Positions 14,717 to 16,103 of a stretch of DNA of 16,103 bases are shown here, one piece after another. The stretch comes from a bacterium. Lineage in GTDB: Bacteria; JAMCPX01. Position numbers and translations under genes: made by a program. The notes beneath the pieces were generated by a model, which saw nothing but the letters and a program-made list of their open reading frames with translations, was not told the DNA's origin and ran no database searches. The number at the start of each line of letters is the position of its first letter. The stretch's first letter is position 1. The DNA lies in the NCBI GenBank assembly GCA_037439545.1, contig JBBIVV010000044.1, positions 1 through 16,103 of the forward strand, read 5' to 3'.

Positions 14717-15919
14717 TTAGAGACCCTTGTTCAGAAGTTTTGCCATGATCTCGAAACCGTTCTCAATATGCACGCCGCTCTTTTCTGCACTAAACTCGTC
14801 ATAGGTGTATGTATTTTTGATCCCGTGTTCCGGGTCATAAAGAAGAAACGGAACGGGTTCATCCGTGTGTGTTTTCCTGGCTATCGGCGTCCTGTGGTCC
14901 GGCATTATAAGCATTCTGAACGCACCGGACTGTTTCATTCCGTCAAGCACCCCTCCCACGACTTTTTCGTCAAAATCTTCTATAGCTTTTATCTTCAAAT
15001 CTATGTCACCGTTGTGTCCTGCTTCATCGGGTGCTTCAACATGAATATAAATAAGGTCATGTGTTTTCAACGCATTCACCCCGTATTCTGCCTTACCTTT
15101 GTAATTTGTATCCACCCAGCCCGTGATGCCCGGCACTTCAATGATATCAAAGCCAGAAAGTTTTGCTATTCCCCTTACAAGATCGACTGCCGATATGCAG
15201 GCGCCGGAAAGATTGTACAGCCGTTTAAACGGCGGCAGGTACATTGCCTTGCCCAGTCCCCATATCCAGATGCTGTTTGCAGGGTCCTTACCCTGTGCCT
15301 TTCTCTTTGTATTTATTGGATGGGATTCGAGTATGTCCCATGATGCCTTAATAAGTGAGATCAGCTTGTCAGAGCCATCACCGTCAGGCATGTGTGCCGC
15401 TATGTCCTTGTCCGTTATATCGTGCGGAGGAAAAGTATTGATCTTATCCATACCCTGCTGCCATACGATAAGGTGCCTGTAGCTTACGCCCGGATAAAAT
15501 TTAAATCCGTCATGCTTGAGCGAAGACGAGAGCGTATGGATAAGTTCGACGGCTTCATCGGTGGTTATGTGCCCGGCGCTGTAGTCTTTCATCGTGGTGC
15601 TGCCGCCCTGCCTGTTCAGGGTAACGAGGTTGCATCTGCATGCCACATCGTCCTTGTTCAGAGAAATGTCCTGTCCCGCTGCCTCTATCGGTGCCCTGCC
15701 GGTATAATATTGTTTCGGGTCATAACCGAATATAGACATGTTGCCGATGTCGCTGCCCGGGTGCATGCCATGAGGTATAGTTCTTATCATGCCGACAATG
15801 CTTTTCTTTGCAAGCTCGTCTATGTTTTTCTTACGCGCGACTGAAAGCGGTGTTCCGCCCTTTAACTTTTCGAGCGGATAATCTGCCATACCGTCGCCCT
15901 GCAGAATAATGTATTTCAT
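14717..15919 (-). CDS. apgM: Cofactor-independent phosphoglycerate mutase (ApgM family)
   Basis: MKYIILQGDGMAD, PGSD, GRAPIEA, SYRH, PPHD, HVEAPDEAGH, PDHRTP, HTDEPVPF. The true start is 15919; the ORF-track extension runs through the tRNA. Confidence 0.93.
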   Translation of the reverse strand: MKYIILQGDGMADYPLEKLKGGTPLSVARKKNIDELAKKSIVGMIRTIPHGMHPGSDIGNMSIFGYDPKQYYTGRAPIEAAGQDISLNKDDVACRCNLVTLNRQGGSTTMKDYSAGHITTDEAVELIHTLSSSLKHDGFKFYPGVSYRHLIVWQQGMDKINTFPPHDITDKDIAAHMPDGDGSDKLISLIKASWDILESHPINTKRKAQGKDPANSIWIWGLGKAMYLPPFKRLYNLSGACISAVDLVRGIAKLSGFDIIEVPGITGWVDTNYKGKAEYGVNALKTHDLIYIHVEAPDEAGHNGDIDLKIKAIEDFDEKVVGGVLDGMKQSGAFRMLIMPDHRTPIARKTHTDEPVPFLLYDPEHGIKNTYTYDEFSAEKSGVHIENGFEIMAKLLNKGL

Positions 15920-16003
15920 GTGTCCGGGTTCCTTTCTTCTTTGTACGATATATAAACTTCTTTTGCGGCAAAAGCAAGACAGGTGCACTGCACGGATAAG
16001 AAT

Positions 16004-16087
16004 TGCCGGGGGAGGGAATTGAACCCTCATGTCCCGGAGGACGGGGGATTTTGAGTCCCCTGCGTCTACCAGTTCCGCCACCCCGGC
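16004..16087 (-). tRNA. tRNA-Leu (anticodon CAA), CCA not encoded
   Basis: GCCGGGG acceptor stem, D arm with ACTGGTAGAC, anticodon arm GGGGA-CTCAAAA-TCCCC, long variable arm GTCC-TCCG-GGAC, T arm GAGGG-TTCAATT-CCCTC, discriminator A. Confidence 0.97.
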
Positions 16088-16103
16088 GTGTATCCTGTTT
16101 ATT

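Noticed and set aside
14035..15844. Long antisense ORFs opposite crp and apgM (and similar ones opposite accD and other genes)
   Set aside because: Shadow frames of well-conserved genes, with no motifs or SD.
16004..16030. tRNA 3' end as an island attachment site
   Set aside because: Housekeeping genes follow directly, and I see no integrase or duplicated tRNA 3' end in the window.
15920..16081. 54-aa N-terminal extension of ApgM (MAELVDAGDSKS...)
   Set aside because: It is a translation of the tRNA-Leu gene and spacer.

Overview
Bacterial chromosomal window from a diderm organism; the gene content suggests a Deltaproteobacteria/Nitrospirae-like lineage (inference). 1-6668 (+) is a cluster of cell-envelope genes: an Ig-like lipoprotein, a YVTN/YncE beta-propeller lipoprotein, an outer-membrane beta-barrel, a small Cys-rich lipoprotein, a 7-repeat NHL-type lipoprotein and an IPT/TIG + propeller lipoprotein. 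A ~250 bp nested inverted-repeat (MITE-like) element and a sigma54-type promoter lie before the last of these. 6.9-12.3 kb holds a membrane protein, a ZraP/Spy-like periplasmic protein divergent from a DUF134 regulator, a REC-GGDEF protein with a duplicated linker and partly degenerate active site, a dCMP deaminase preceded by tandem NrdR-like boxes, and a lipoprotein alpha/beta-hydrolase. 12.3-16.1 kb (-) is housekeeping: tRNA-Leu(CAA), apgM, then Crp/Fnr-family protein, class II cNMP phosphodiesterase and accD. I see no CRISPR array, integrase, transposase, reverse transcriptase or recognisable defence system, and I cannot claim a wholly new system. The best leads are the non-coding elements, the degenerate GGDEF protein and the uncharacterised surface-lipoprotein cluster. 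All family calls come from reading motifs by eye; no searches were run.
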